Shown: positions 1-14,230 of the stretch, piece after piece
How the letters are laid out: each line of letters opens with the position of its first letter
Position numbering within the stretch: the stretch's first letter is position 1
Assembly (NCBI GenBank): GCA_963924565.1
Contig: OZ004612.1
Coordinates: 13,020,001 to 13,084,000 of the forward strand
DNA: 64,000 bases
Source of the DNA: Ascidiella aspersa
Taxonomy: Eukaryota
Direction of reading: 5' to 3'
Made by a program: the position numbers and the translations under genes
The notes under the pieces: generated by a model
Told to the model about the DNA's origin: nothing
What the model saw: only the letters and a program-made list of their open reading frames with translations
The model's database searches: none

Positions 1-40
1 AATTAAGCGCTCAGACTTAAACTTCAGTTCTTGTCGTAAT

Positions 41-171
41 GGAGCCGGAGCTGGAGCCGGAGCAGTGGTATCAATAAGCTCCGGAGCTGGAGCTGTAGCT
101 AACCTATGCAAAAGAGAGCTCCGGAGCTGGAGCCGGAGCCGTTTAACATTTACGACTGCTCCAAAGCCCTA
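41..171. repeat. GGAGCC/GGAGCT hexamer-array repeat (end of a MITE-like element); related sequence at ~44803-45100
   Basis: ggagccggagctggagccggagc arrays; reverse-orientation ctccggctccagc motifs near 44836-44860 and 45058-45100. Confidence 0.6.
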
Positions 172-1726
172 GTCACAACCTCAAGGTCTAAAAGTCTAGA
201 CTTTTCTGCCATTGGATGCCCTAATTGTCGTAGACGTTTTTGCTTAGAAATGCACTAATTTCTAACGGATCGGGTGTAAGGTTCGGGTGAACCCCCCAAA
301 ATCGGTTCATTTTCGTTTTACTCCTTACCTTTTGTAAAATACGGTTCAGGTTCGGCTACAGGTCGGGTAAAACTCTATGTAACATCATTTCTGCACGATT
401 GAATCATTTTATAACACCGTTTGTTTTTCACTTAAACATTTCAATAATAACTGAGATAATATAACACATGAACAAACACGGCAAAATATATCTTTCTTAT
501 CTTTAGAAAGTTAACTTTAGTTTTAAACCAGGCATGACAAGCACCTCTCCTGCTAGACGTTGTTATTGCCAGTTAACCGTTAGTTCGCGCGAAATGTGAT
601 TTGATTGTTTTCATTTTTTGCAAAAAATACTGAAACTAGCCGATATTCAGCCAAGATTTTTAAGTTTTATTTTGGCAAACGATAGAAAAAGTTTGAAGGA
701 CTACAACTATTTCATATAGTGCCAACCCTTATATTCTCTGCTGTAGGTACAGCTGTATTTTGAGAGATCGTTAAGAAAATTGAAAGGCTCGATTTCGTTT
801 CCTCGGAAAAATATGAACACTGTTTGTGTTTTATTTTTAAAAGTGCCATGAAGTGCAAACTGGCTAGGTCCTAGGTTGAATAAATATTTGTTTTCTCATT
901 TAATACCTATGATTATCTGTTAATATAAATTAAAAATATTCATAATATTTTACAATGATATATAAAATGGAAAGTTGATTGATGTTGTGGAAATCTACAA
1001 ATGTGATAATAATGAAACGGCTATTACAGATACTAAAAATGGCTTTGCCTAATTGCCATCAAATTATCTTGTCGTTATATCCCACTCAAGTGACTCAACA
1101 TGCTATTATAGCTTAGTTGTTTGTTAAATACTGAAATAGATCCTAATAGGAAATTTTGTGATTTAGTTTCAAATGGAAACCCTTTGGAATATAAAAAATA
1201 TGTTTAACCTTAACTATGGGTAACAAAAACAGTGAGACTGGGAACATTAAACAGTGATACATCTGTGTTTAAGTAATTAGGCAAGTAATTTACTGCAAAT
1301 CAGCATTGAAGTTTTTTAGATTTGGGTGTGCAAACAAATTCAAGAACAGCAAACACTCTTGTCTGCCTTGTGATGTTGATACTTATAGCCTGTTTGTATT
1401 TGTTAGCAGTGTCTGATTTATAAAGTGCACTTTTTAGTAGTGTTCAATATTTTGTAATCGTTTGTAAAGTTTTCTTTTTGTCCATCGAACTTTTATTTGA
1501 CATGTTAAACAATCAAAAAATTTGGTTTATAAATTTTAATTATGTACACAGACATTTTTTTAGGGACCAATTCATTTTTAAATGGCATTGATTGTTTACT
1601 CTTTTTTTCAAACTATGTTTAATTACCTTTTACCTATTTAGATTCATTCAAAAAAACAATTGCATTTTTATTTGGAAGTTAGGAATAATCTAAGCGCATT
1701 TATACTTTACTCACTTAATCGCTAAT

Positions 1727-3767
1727 ATGCCAAGAGAAATAATTACTTTACAAATTGGCCAATGTGGCAATCAAATTGGATTTGAATACTGGAAACAGCT
1801 TTGTCAAGAACATGGAATAAGACCTGATGGCATACTTCAGGATTTTGCTACTGATGGTACAGATAGAAAAGATGTTTTTTTCTATCAGGCTGACGATGAT
1901 CATTATATCCCAAGATCAGTATTAATCGATCTCGAACCAAGGGTCATTAACTCGATCAAAAACTCTGAATTTGCTCAGCTGTATAATCCAGAAAACATCT
2001 ATTTATCGGAGCATGGAGGGGGTGCTGGAAATAATTGGGCAGCAGGATTTCACTCCGGCGAAAAAATCCATGAAGAGTTGTTTGACATAATTGACAGAGA
2101 GGCAGATGGTTCAGACAACCTTGAAGGATTTATGCTGTGCCATTCGACTGCTGGTGGAACCGGTTCTGGTCTTGGTTCTTACATGTTAGAGAACCTTAAT
2201 GATCGCTATCCCAAGAAGCTAATTCAGACATACAGTGTTTTTCCCAACCAGGATGAAGTGTCAGACGTTGTGGTGCAACCATACAACACCATGCTTACAA
2301 TGAAGCGACTAACGCTGCACGCAGACGCCACTGTAGTCTTAGACAATACTGCCCTAAATAGCATTGCCACTGACCGTTTGCACATTCAAAATCCTTCCTT
2401 TTCGCAAATCAACAAGATGGTGTCGACAATCATGTCCGCCAGTACAGCCACTCTTCGCTATCCAGGCTACATGAATAATGACTTGATTGGGCTTGTTGCC
2501 TCACTTATTCCAACACCAAGGTACTTATTAAAAGCTTCATTTTTAAACATCTCTTTGGTATACATAGTTGATTTGCGTATTTTAATCTATTACTCTGTTA
2601 GACTTCAATCATCCTATTTTAGTATCCTGTTAATATAAACGTGCATTTACTTGTCTCAAGTTGTTTTGTGACGTAGTCTTACAGCTAGCAATGTTTGACC
2701 ATTTAGGCTTCATTATTTGATGACTGGTTACACTCCACTCGTCACTGACCAAGCCCAGGCATCAGTCAGGAAAACAACAGTGCTAGATGTGATGCGGCGT
2801 CTACTGCAACCCAAAAATATGATGGTGTTCACCGGGCGTGAAAGAATGAATCAGCATTGTTACATTTCTATCCTGAACATCATTCAAGGTGAAATTGACC
2901 CAACTCAGGTTCACAAAAGTTTGCAACGCATCAGGGAAAGGAAGCTGGCCCAATTTATTCCATGGGGACCAGCTAGCATACAGGTACAATTAGTTGAAAT
3001 AAACACATTTAATTTATTCTATAAGCTCTTATAATTTTATTTTTGGGCTTGTGATGTGTTTACATATATTATATATGTTTGAATATAGTGCAACTACATT
3101 TCATAAGGCCTGAAAGACTGGCCTAAATTTGTTGAATGTAAAACAGCAAATCAAAAACGAACAATTTATTTAAATCTATATTGTTTTTCAACATAGTAAT
3201 TGACTAGTTCAAATCTGTCTTGTTTAAGCCAAAACATACCAAGAATACCAAATCTTTTGCAAAAATACCAGTTTCTAGGACTTGGGCATGCTTTCTGTAA
3301 TCCAAAGTCAGCAAACCTTTTTTTCTTTTGCTTTTTTCGATAAAGCCAAGGAATAAACAAAAGTATCATCCCTGGTGATGTTCCTAAGGGTGTGCTCGTA
3401 ATACTACAACCGTTATCAATTGTTGTTTTCCACCAAACATCACCTTGCAGTTACATATTTTTTATTCTGCTTCCGTCAGGTGGCGCTGTCACGCAAGTCG
3501 CCCTACGTGCCGTCGGCTCATCGCGTAAGCGGCCTTATGCTGGCCAATCACACCAGCATCAGCGCACTGTTCAAGCGAGCCGCTCGCCAGTTCGACAAGC
3601 TGCGAAAGCGCGAGGCCTTTCTCGAGCAGTTTCGCAAAGAGGCGATGTTCACTGAAAACCTGGACGAGATGGACGCTTCGCGCGAAATTGTCCAGCAGCT
3701 GATCGACGAGTACGAGGCCGCAGCCACGCCCGACTACCTTAACTGGGGCGAGGGCGGCTCCACGTAA
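1727..3767 (+). CDS. TUBG1: Tubulin gamma chain, 3 coding exons (1727-2520, 2707-2983, 3480-3767)
   Basis: [19 protein letters not shown]-terminus, tubulin signature [16 protein letters not shown] and VVVQPYN motifs, C-terminal [18 protein letters not shown] introns join in frame. Confidence 0.97.
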
Positions 3768-4581
3768 ACTGCCTAAAATATCGGCGGCGATTTGCCGTTG
3801 TTGTTTTTTCTTTGTTTTGAACCTTATTTCGTAGCGTTAGTTTGCGATCGACGACTGTCGGCGCTGGTGCGACGAAAAGCCAAGTGTTTGTTGTCTGCAA
3901 GTTCGAATAACGTTGTGAACTTCTTGCTTGCTTTTTTAATGTAAACATTACAAGTATTTTCTAGAAAACTATTGTGATGATTTTGAAGTTTTGGTATCAT
4001 AAAATTATGTTTTTTTGGACTTTGGGTTCAACTGTTGTAAAAAAGGGACATGCGCTTAACTATGAGTTTTGTTTTATTTTAAATAGCAAATTAAAAAGTT
4101 AGTAAATCTATGTGCAATACAAACACAATAGAGAAACGATATATCAAGCTCATCACGCAGAAAATAACAGACAAAAACAAATGGCGAACAACTAAACTAG
4201 CGACATCACGAAAACGAACTTTTCTAAAACAAACAACCTGTTGCAGCATTTCGTTAGTCAAATTCCAAGGCAGAAATTTTGTTTCCCTCGAAAGTTGTGC
4301 AATCATCTGCGTTTCTGTTTCCACAAATATTAGGCGATATGCTTTCAATATTACATTTGTTTACCATGTTTTACGAATCCAAACAATTTGAAGTTTAAGT
4401 TATATGTTAATCTATTGGCCTTTTCTTCCAGGCTCCACTGATATAGATTTAGTCAACTCGTTTGATTAATGCGCCATGTTTAAAGTTTACACTCGTACCA
4501 CGGGGTGCAGCCGTTGTTGTCTGTATTCACAGCAACAAGCACTATGAGTGAGGTGAAAAAGGACTATCCATAGGGTAGCCT

Positions 4582-7500
4582 TCAGGAGGCCGATCCCTCC
4601 CTTAATACTGTTTCGCCTTGCTGGCCAGATTTTGTGATTGAAAACGGCTCTTGCGACGTCAAATCACTTCGATCCGTTTTTGATCCGCTACTGGAGTTGT
4701 CTACATTTCCTTTTTGCTCGTGACCTGTGCACTTTCCGCACGCCAAGAGGTTTTTAGCCGCCACTCTAAACTTGGGATCTGCAACGCTGTACACCAGCAC
4801 GTTCACCAGACTGAAAAAAAAAAGTCGTAAAAAAACTATAGCGTTAACAAACCTCCCGAATCAGTCCCAAGTTATTTACAACAAACAGCAATTCAAGCAC
4901 AAATGACTAGTGAACCACTTTTTTGTGCATATCATTGCTATGGCAAATTAAGTCCAAGTGAGGTCATGTGTATAAAAAAATATTTAAAAAAAATCGTACA
5001 AATTAAATATACTCAATCCATTCCGATCAAAATTTTGCACAAGAATTTTGATAGACAATATAATAAGATTACAACAAATAATCTCAAAATATTTAAGTAA
5101 AGCACTTAACTTTTAGTCATGTTGTTTTTAAATGAGTTGTGTTCAAGTCTACAGGCAAATAAAAATGATTTCAACACGGGTTGAAACTTGGTGCCAAATT
5201 ACCTACTGCCAAAAGTGTATGTTAAGTGGAAAGTGACTATTTGTGATTTCGATTTTTGCTAGATTAAAATAAGTTGTTACGTTGTTCGCAAGATCCCCTT
5301 AAATCCCGATTTTCGTTATAACCTTTACTTTGCTCGGTGCAGCCGACACCGTACTAGTTCGGGGAATTCTGGGTTGTTATCGACCAAATTGGAGTGACAC
5401 TGCAGAAATTCTCCACACAAGTAGTTTTCAGAATAGCCACGATGGAAGAGAACGGCAGCCCACGCACTAATTAGGTTTGCCGGAAAGCAGATTATTAGCA
5501 GTCGCCTACGACCGCTTTTGTATGACCGCATTTTGGTGAAAAGCAGTGAGCCAACGTTGGGATTTTTGGCCTTATTTCAAACTGTACAAATTTGCCCGAG
5601 GTGATGGCTATAAGCGGCACCGGAAAACTTGCTAGGATAAGTCGCTGCGCATAGCTTGTGACGCAACTTTATAGTAAACAAACCACCGTACGTCGATTAT
5701 TATATTTGACAATACAATGGCCATAATTTACAAAAAAACTTTCCCCATTAACAAAGTTCCACTTATTTTATTACCTGTTCGCCATAGACAAGTAGAAGCA
5801 AATGACGTATGGAATTGCGACAGTGAATGGCGTGAAAGCTCCGGAAAACGACATCGACATTACAACCACAACAGGAACTGAAATAAAAATCATAATATTA
5901 AACCAAGCAGCAAACGACTACTTACTTGCATCAACTAAATGCAGACTAGTGTTTTTTCATTTGCCAGTTTACATCCTTTTAACCCAAGGAACACCATCAA
6001 AATAATTGTTTAAAGTTTAGGTTTGCCTAGCTTAAATTACGACAATTTTATCCAATAAATCATAAAACACCAGAGTCGTTCTGCAAGACATGACCTTGTT
6101 GGCACAGATTGCCGTTTTGATATGCTTTTTGCGTATATCAAAATCGAAGTTAGCCAATAAAATCTTGAAAAATAATTTTAAAATTTCGAAAATTTTTGTT
6201 TATTAGTGTAGTCTTACTAAGAGTAATAGTGAAGCCAACTTGCATGGATCCCATGGTGGCAAAGACCTTAACTTCTTCTTTTAGGTTAGCGCCAAGTTTG
6301 AGTTGAGGGCCCTTTTTCACATGTCTTCGAAGGTAGCAGGCCGTTGCTATCGTCAAGCACGACTATAGCACATATCAAAACTGAAAGTTCGGTGGTAAAA
6401 GTTTTTATTTAAAACTACTGGTATCTGCCTAACATTTTCACGAGTTTGCTGATGAATTTTGAGGAAATTTATTAACCGTTGTTGTCACCAAACCAAGTTA
6501 CAGCATGAAATCATCGGATTTAGTATGCCACACATATATGTTACAAAACTTTTCTAGTTGAAAATACTTATGTTACAAAACTTTTGTAGTTGAAAATACT
6601 TTGACCGTCAAGCGATCTATTTTAAACGCCTGCCGTTACACAGCTTCTCACCATTGCGATAAAGGGTACAACATAAATGATGATGACCGCAATTATTATT
6701 GGAGTGTAGTCGGAGCGCGTGCGGTCCGTCAACATTAAGCTGTACATGTGGATGACGTGTTGGTAAGAAAACCTGAAAATCCCCGGGAACCACACTGTAA
6801 TAAAAAAAACTTGTAGGTCACACGTGCGTGTCTATTTGTGGATGCTTACTTTTGTCATATTTTATTATTTTATATACTCATAGCAATCTGACTCTTAGTA
6901 AGAATATCAAAGCCCATACATAAATAGGTAGCATTTTGAACGTTTCGAATAACTCTTTATTCATTTTCAACATAGTTCTGTATGGGCTTTGATATTCTTA
7001 TTACGTCTTACTACAACCTCCAACCATTATGCTCAAAAATTTGACTCTTCTTTTTAAACAGCCAACCTTATTTAAACAAATGGCCTAAATGTTTATGGGA
7101 ACCTTGTAACACACTTTAAAGTCAAAGCAAAAATGCTAAAGACACACTTATTTAACTTTGTGCTTTTTACGAATTTTAAGTATAAAATAAAAACACGGGC
7201 AGCATGTCATAATGTGTAGTCGAGCAAAGCACAAATCACCCGCGACATTAAACTTACGGGTAGCTACGGAAAGGACAAGGGCCAGCAGCCAGATAACCAC
7301 AAGGCCAAAGTTCACGACCCTGCCGCTCTGCTGCTGGTAGAGGATCGGCCATCTGACCGCCACCAGGCGCTGTTGGGCGAGCAGGACGAGGTGATAAAGC
7401 GACGAGGAGAAAATGAAGAGGTAGAATACGCCGCCGACGCTTGATTCCGCCGTACCGAAAGAGGCAAGCGAGCGTTGAAGAATCTGCTCCGGCGTCGACA

Positions 7501-9200
7501 TAACGGTGCGACTGAAGTTGGGCAGCACGACGAAGAAAATCAAAACACCTGCGCCATTTGGAAAAACACAAAAGGTATTAACCGAAGATCTGGCTCCCCT
7601 AATATTGCTGTGACCTTTAATCTGGCCAGCAATTATTAGCCTGTGTACATAAAGGGTTGTGCAGTTTCGAGCACAAATATATATTTACGGTCCGAAAAGC
7701 AAGCAACTCCGTGTTGAAGTTGCTGAACGTGCATTACAATATTACAGTTGAATTCAAATTGCAGTTTTTTTGTGATGCGTATTGATTCCAGGTTGTACAT
7801 CCTTTAAGCAGGTGGTTACCAAAATTTCCGACCGCGTTCCACCTAGTTGTGTATAACTGTCAGTAAGTAGGGAAATCAACTGAAACATTTATTTCCGTTC
7901 GCAAAGCAGTCATCATGTACGAAAAACATCATTTCTGTTCAAGAAAAAAACGCTCACGGCGCTGCGTCTGTTTACTTTTGCGCACGACGCAATATAGCGG
8001 GTGGCCGAAAACTGGCAAAACAGGCGTGGAAACTTTACGCAAATCCTGTTGTCGCTAAACAATTCTTCTTCCTTGTGGTCCCCGAGTTTGTTTGGCGCGT
8101 AACGTTGTACAAGACTTAATACTTCCTTAATGTTAATTCGCTAAATCACGTCGCGTGGCGCTTCCGACTGGAGCTAAATTGAATTTTCGATCAAGTAAAT
8201 TTAAGTTTTGGTTCGCTTTCGCGCTTTGCGTCAACCTATATGGAATTTTTGAGAAAAAACGTTTGTCATGTTGCCTTCTTTATTACATATAAAATGTTTA
8301 AACCTTCTTGATCTAACATCATAAAAACAGACAGGTTTTGTGCCATTGTTAACAAGCATTGTTAATTTCACACCTAAAGGAATTATTTGTTATAAACTTG
8401 TCCATGTAGTATTTTAAAAGTTGATCCATTTTTTATATTACGATTTGACCTTTACTGAAAAAATTGCGCCCCTATCCTACGAACTCGTTATTGACCTCCT
8501 CACCTGTCAGCAGGTCGGCGCACGACATCGACACTTTGATTTTGCCGTAGGTGCCACGAAACATTGACTGGCCCCTGGCGAACAGCCAGATTACCATTAC
8601 GTTGGCTAAGACGATAGCCAAGCCAAGGACAGCCACGACCAAAACGAATACTGCGGCTCCGGCCATGCTGCATTCCTTGCAGTGGATTAAGCTCACGTTG
8701 GAGCACGTTAGTACGGCAGAGTAGCTGCAAAATGCCGCCAGGCCGTTCAGTGCTGGCACTCGTGAGCTTATGGTTTGCCGTGTGTCGTTGTTCGGGGAAG
8801 AATTGTTCGCGGTAGAGGACCTGTCGGTTTTCGCGAAGTGAGTTTCTTCCGTTGTAGACGGCGGGTAAAACACTGGGTTCACCATGTAAAGTAGCGGGTT
8901 TATCATGCCGACCGTGGGCCGGTATATGAGACGGTTTATTATGACAGGAGGCCGAAAGGTATCTTCTTTAGTGTCATTTGAGCGAATATCATTAGCGTTC
9001 TTGGCATTGGCGAGCTGCGTGGTGTTTTGCGCTGCAACAGATGAAAAATTCTCGCTAACCAAAGCTGCGTTCGTGGTAGACGAATTTCCGCCGATAACTG
9101 CAATATGTGACGTTATACTCAAAGGAGTTGTAGAAACAGGAAGGGCGTTAATATGTTGAAGCATCGTCGTCACAACAATTAGATACATAGGCAAACTCAT
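4582..9200 (-). CDS. Orphan rhodopsin-like (class A) GPCR with long N-glycosylated N-terminus; coding exons approx. 9200-8504, 7548-7258, 6794-6652, 6362-6218, 5877-5775, 4810-4582
   Basis: Signal peptide-like MSLPMYLIVV; Ser/Thr/Asn-rich ectodomain; TM1 (LAIVLANVMVI), TM2 (SMSCADLLTG), TM3 end (LAQQRLVAVRWP), TM4 (VIWLLALVLS), TM5 (IIIYVVPFIAM), TM6 (GFTITLIPVVVV), TM7 (SMANSLVNVLVYS), helix 8 (DPKFR). Splice phases are consistent. Confidence 0.85.
6537..6601. repeat. Two-copy 32-bp tandem duplication in a GPCR intron
   Basis: tatgttacaaaacttttStagttgaaaatact twice. Confidence 0.85.
6898..7033 (-). mobile_element. Shorter copy of the same Penelope-like family (tail - hammerhead - inverted tail) in a GPCR intron
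   Basis: Near-identical to 16997-17075 joined to 17371-17430. Confidence 0.8.
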
Positions 9201-11171
9201 GTTAGCTAATTGGTCTGCAAAGAACGCTAACAAATTAAACCAATAAAACGCCATTAGGTTATTGTAACTTAAGAGAGTGATTTATATTATATATCATATT
9301 TTTTACAAAGCCCCTTAAATACGTCTGCATATAAACCCTCGTATTTCCAATGTATAATTTCCCTTTATCGCAAAATAAAATTTTAAGGACTTTTGTACCG
9401 TTCCCTTGGTGTAAACGTTATTGCAACAATATATAACTTTTCGAAAATTTTAATGGATTTAAAAGAAGTTTACGAAATCTTTTCACGGCCATTTCTAACA
9501 AACGGCCAGTAAAACTCTTTTCCACCTCTGAACTAAGCAAAAATTGCCTAATTTTCATTACAGATCTCTCCGGTTGCGCATAACAACAATTTAACACTAT
9601 TTTAGGATTTTGCAGGTGGCTATCTAACATTGTCCTACGCAGCAATTTCGGCTACCTGTCGACACAGCTGATGTTTTACACAGAGTATAAAACTTTCCAG
9701 CTTCGTATTAAAAACGAAATATTTCGCCTGCGGCATAATAAGAGTAAGGTTTTCAATGCTCGTCAATCATTTGTCGGTGGTAGTAGTGGGTGTAACTTTG
9801 CATTCACTTAAATCGGGATTAAAAATTAACGTCGAAATTGATCATTAGTTTTCGCATAATAAATCGAAGCATTAAAACGGGCGCTTTAAAAAGAGCGGGC
9901 TTATCGCAAAAGTGTGGACATGACCGTCAACTGGGCGTGTATTGAATATGGTTAACAAAAATGAAATACGAACAAAATAGGAAAAATTCCTAATTTTTAA
10001 AACATGTGTTTTACTATGAAATACGAAGAAATACATACATCACGTCATACCTTGACCACAACCAATTATTCTAAATTGTCGCAAGGATTCCGTTATCAAA
10101 ATTTAATTACATTATATTTGGTTATGCAGTGCGTTTTTACACTGAAGAGCGTTACTTTTTCCTAAAGATGCTAAACTTAAGAAAGATGTTGTACGAACGT
10201 TTAACGGCCCTAGTAGAAATTGTAGGATAAGGTTAGTTCAATATATGAAAAAGTGAAACAAAAGTTAACCTATTTTTGTAAAGCTCTTTAATTACCTACT
10301 GTACATGTTTTACAATCATTCTTCAAAAGCGTAACAGATAAAAAAAAATAGTAGGCCTATAAATTATTGCATGCTCTAGTGTTGTAGTATCTTAAGTCAA
10401 AAACTGACATGTAAATCAATTGACTTGAGTCTTTTAAACAAATGACCTGACTTCTGACTTGTAGCTTTAAGAAATTGGGATGTTTTCATTTTGTTGTTTG
10501 CTATTTAATAGTTTCTTTGTGTTGAGTTTGACAGTTTTAATAACTTAAAAATTTTATTTCAAAGCAAATGTCTTGACTTGCCATGCTTAGACTCACGGAC
10601 TGGGATTTTAAACCCACCGACTGGGTCTTGACCAGATATTTATTAATAATGACTTGACTTGGGTGTAATAAGTTATTTTTTGAAATGACTTGATAGATTC
10701 GTTTTGAAATTACTTGTTTGCAACACTGGAATAATCAATGAACTATTATGGGTTAACGCAGGTCACTTTCACTAATCACGACCTTGAGTTAAACATCGGT
10801 TACGAATCAACTTTGGTCTACAGTCTACACGCAAGTCGTAATTGAACCAGGACTTAACAGGTAAATCGCTTTGAACGAAAACTTAACTTAAAACTGAACC
10901 AGATTCCGCACATAAAACCAAAAAACAATAGTTTTAAGAATAAAATATCTTACCAACCAAATTTTATTATTACGTCATAAGGTTTGAAGAGACAATGGCT
11001 CCAAGTTTCACACATTTTGAATTGCCTAATTTGAGAATATTAAAGTTGTAGAGAGAGGACGCATTTTGAAAAGCTGTCAAAAGAGTTTACTGTTCGACTT
11101 TCAAACGAGATTTTACAATTTTTTTGATACCGCTATATTGTAGTTTATTATTATTTAGCTAGATAGATCTA

Positions 11172-14100
11172 ATGAGTGTTTTTCAGGATCGAAGTTCCGT
11201 TTCGCAGCTGAGAGACAGCATCTTTGGTAAGTATGGAAATAAGTTGCCGATTAGTGGAAGAAGTTTTGGAGGCGCAGAGAATGCCCGGAACAATATGGAT
11301 CAACGAAATAAAGGGAAGATGGACTTCAACGACAAACGAAAGTCATTTCAAAGAACGGATCATCGGGCAAAGGTTGGTGAAGTTTCTTTGCTACTTCTAT
11401 ACAAAAAGGCAATATGATGGTTAATTTGTTGCGCAAAAAAGGTAACTAAATTAAAACTCGCAGAAGAAATGCCAAAGAGCTTGACAATGGGTCTAACATT
11501 TAATTCAAAGGTGTTTTTAGGTTTAATAAAGTCTTTTTAAAGGCAACTATTTTAAGGAATATTTCCATTTTTTTGTACATTTCATTTAATTGCCATGACA
11601 ATGACATGAAGAACTCACGTGATCTAGCATGAGAAAAAATGTATTTTGAAATTGTGACGTTACAATTTATACTAGTTCCCTGCTTATAAAGTTGAATTTG
11701 TCTGAAAACACAGGCTAACTAGTCAAATTGTTGCATTAATAAAATGAACCATTAACTGTAACTTTATCTTCGATCGGAATAAGACCTTTAAAGGTATGTT
11801 TGAACGACCAAAATTTTATATGCTATTGCCCATTGTCACTTTTTTACCATATGTTTTTAAATATCGTTAGTAAAAAAATAGTTTCGCTTGTATTATAGGC
11901 ATATCATTTCGTGAACAAAATAGAGAAAACCGAATGCTCTTATTTGACGCCCTACCTAATTACTGTGTTAGTCTCTGTATCTAAAATACTTTTTTGAGAC
12001 TATAGATAGCATGTTTAGGTTTTTATTTAGCTTATGCCATGTATTCATATAATTGGTTATTCATCCTATTACGCATAAAAAGAGCAACATAAAGAGCAGC
12101 GCAAATACGTTGGAAGAAAAACCAAGACGGGAAGTTAGTCGACATAATCGAGAAAACAGGGTTTCGCAATGTCTTGAAGAAGCCAGAAGAATGGTGACCA
12201 ATACCAAGGGACCTAGAAAGGGTAACTATTTAGTGTTTTTTATATTCACTGGTTTAAGTAAGTTGAATTAACTAAATGTATTTTATAGTTTCCACACCTG
12301 GCAATTCACTTCGGCAAGCAATATCGTCAAGCATGGGAATGAATGAGGGACTTGAGGGAGGCCAGCAAGATTTTAGAAAGCCGATGTATCCAGCAAGTTA
12401 CGGACCGCCCATGCATCCGAGGGATATGCATCAACTACCCAAGCCGGAACAACCTCAGTACGGAATGGTAGGTTTTAAAAAATAAGTCATATTTTTTAAA
12501 AGTATGAAGCTATGTAAAATACCAATATTATTAACGCAGCAGCCGATGTTTACTTTTCATCCAAAACAAGACGATTTCCTTTCACGTGATGAACTGCCAA
12601 GGGTAGGTTGCTTTACATTTTTCCTTAAGCGTGTATTGTTTAATACTAATTCAATATTTTTTACCTACAGAGCTATCAGCATATGCAACCATTTGATACC
12701 GTGGAGACAAGAAAAGAGAGGGAACTGAGCCTAGCCTTGAAGAAGGGACCAAAGAAGAAGCCCAAGAAGAACATAAACTTTGACCTTTCGGAAGTTGATA
12801 AACTTGTTTGCTCCCGTCTCGATCAGCAGCTTGATTCACAGCTGACCTTTAAACCGCTTGGTTCCCTGGTTAACAAAAAAGCTCCACTTGGTGATATTGT
12901 AAAATCTCAAAGTCGCGCTTTAACGCTTTCAGATCACATGCTACCATCGTCTTTTGGCACCCAGGAACACAATATTCACGAAGAATCCTTTTCTAATATA
13001 GACGTAGTCGACCAAACCACTCTTAACAGCAAAATGGCCATGATTAACCAAGAATTCTTTGCCGATGTTATTTCACCAGCGGAATATGCTTTTGATCGTC
13101 CACAAACGCCGCTTAAGGATATCGCTGGCGACTCTCCAAAACACGTTGTATCGCATTCCGATCACATGCTGCCATCTTCTTTTGGCTCGCAAGAAGCCTG
13201 CGTTCGCGAAGAATCATTTTCGAAATTAAACATGGTCGAAAAATCAAAGATGGACGCAGGAGCTTCAATTAACCCAGAAACATTACCTGTCGTCAATTCG
13301 CCATCCGCTGATGCTTTTAAAGTATTCGATGATCAACCTCGTGATAGCAATAACCTCCATACGTTGCCAACCGAAATGCAGCAATCTGTCAGCGAGCGTT
13401 CTTCACTTATAACTCCTGAGAGTTCTCTCAAAGTTGAGGGCGGCAAAATGTGCGTGGCGGAAAGCAAAGTTACTCCTCAAGCGGTGATTTGCGGTTTGTC
13501 GGTTCAAACCCAAACTAATCAGACTGAGGTAGATTCTGTTACCACAAACACACCACTGCGAATCTTTTCTTCGGCGTCAATTCAAATCGATCTACCCTGC
13601 AAATACTGTTCGATCTCTTCAAACGTTGATTCTTCAAACCACCTCGCCACTCGCTCAATGGCAACTCAAACCCTTAATTCAGTTGGCACTCAAACAGACG
13701 AACCATGTTCTTACAGATCCCTTCCGAAACGGAAAACCGGTTCAGCGGCGAAACAATACGAAGTTGTCCGCCACGATCAAGGTCGAATCTTGTTCCGAAG
13801 AATCTGCGAAAAAGGCGACGAACCCAGTATGGACGATATTCTTCGCGCCAGTTATAACGTGTCGCGTCTTATGCCCATTCCTCCGAAGGGAAGGATCCCG
13901 CCTCGCGTAATGTGGTTGGACAGGATGTGTGAAGAACCGCTGATTTCCGAGGAGCACTTAAGCACGACCACTGCTTCGGAGCCTACGGTGGAGCTGCAAA
14001 GCCGTTCAAACAAGAGCAGAAAATCAACAATTTCAGAGCGAATAAAAGATAAATCCTTACTACGGCTAAGATCTAAGAAAAAGGGATCAACAACCTCAGA

Positions 14101-14230
14101 ACCGAAACAAGTTAAATGTGTTTTTGAAGGCAAAAGCAGAGCAGACGTGCTAGAGCACCTGAGAGCCTTGTTCCGTCGTATTAGAAGTAGGCAAAGGGAA
14201 CGTTACTACCGTACACAGACATCAGAATAA
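11172..14230 (+). CDS. Uncharacterised, probably disordered protein of about 710 aa; model 11172-11372, 12083-12221, 12289-12467, 12543-12602, 12671-14230
   Basis: 515-aa open terminal exon; upstream short exons join with compatible phases through GT-AG introns (the first two junctions are least certain). Basic KKGPKKKPKK stretch, internal duplication and TQT motifs. No recognised domain. Confidence 0.7.

Noticed and set aside
5325-5531. 68-aa minus-strand ORF as a GPCR exon
   Set aside because: The TM7 exons 5877-5775 and 4810 join in phase without it.
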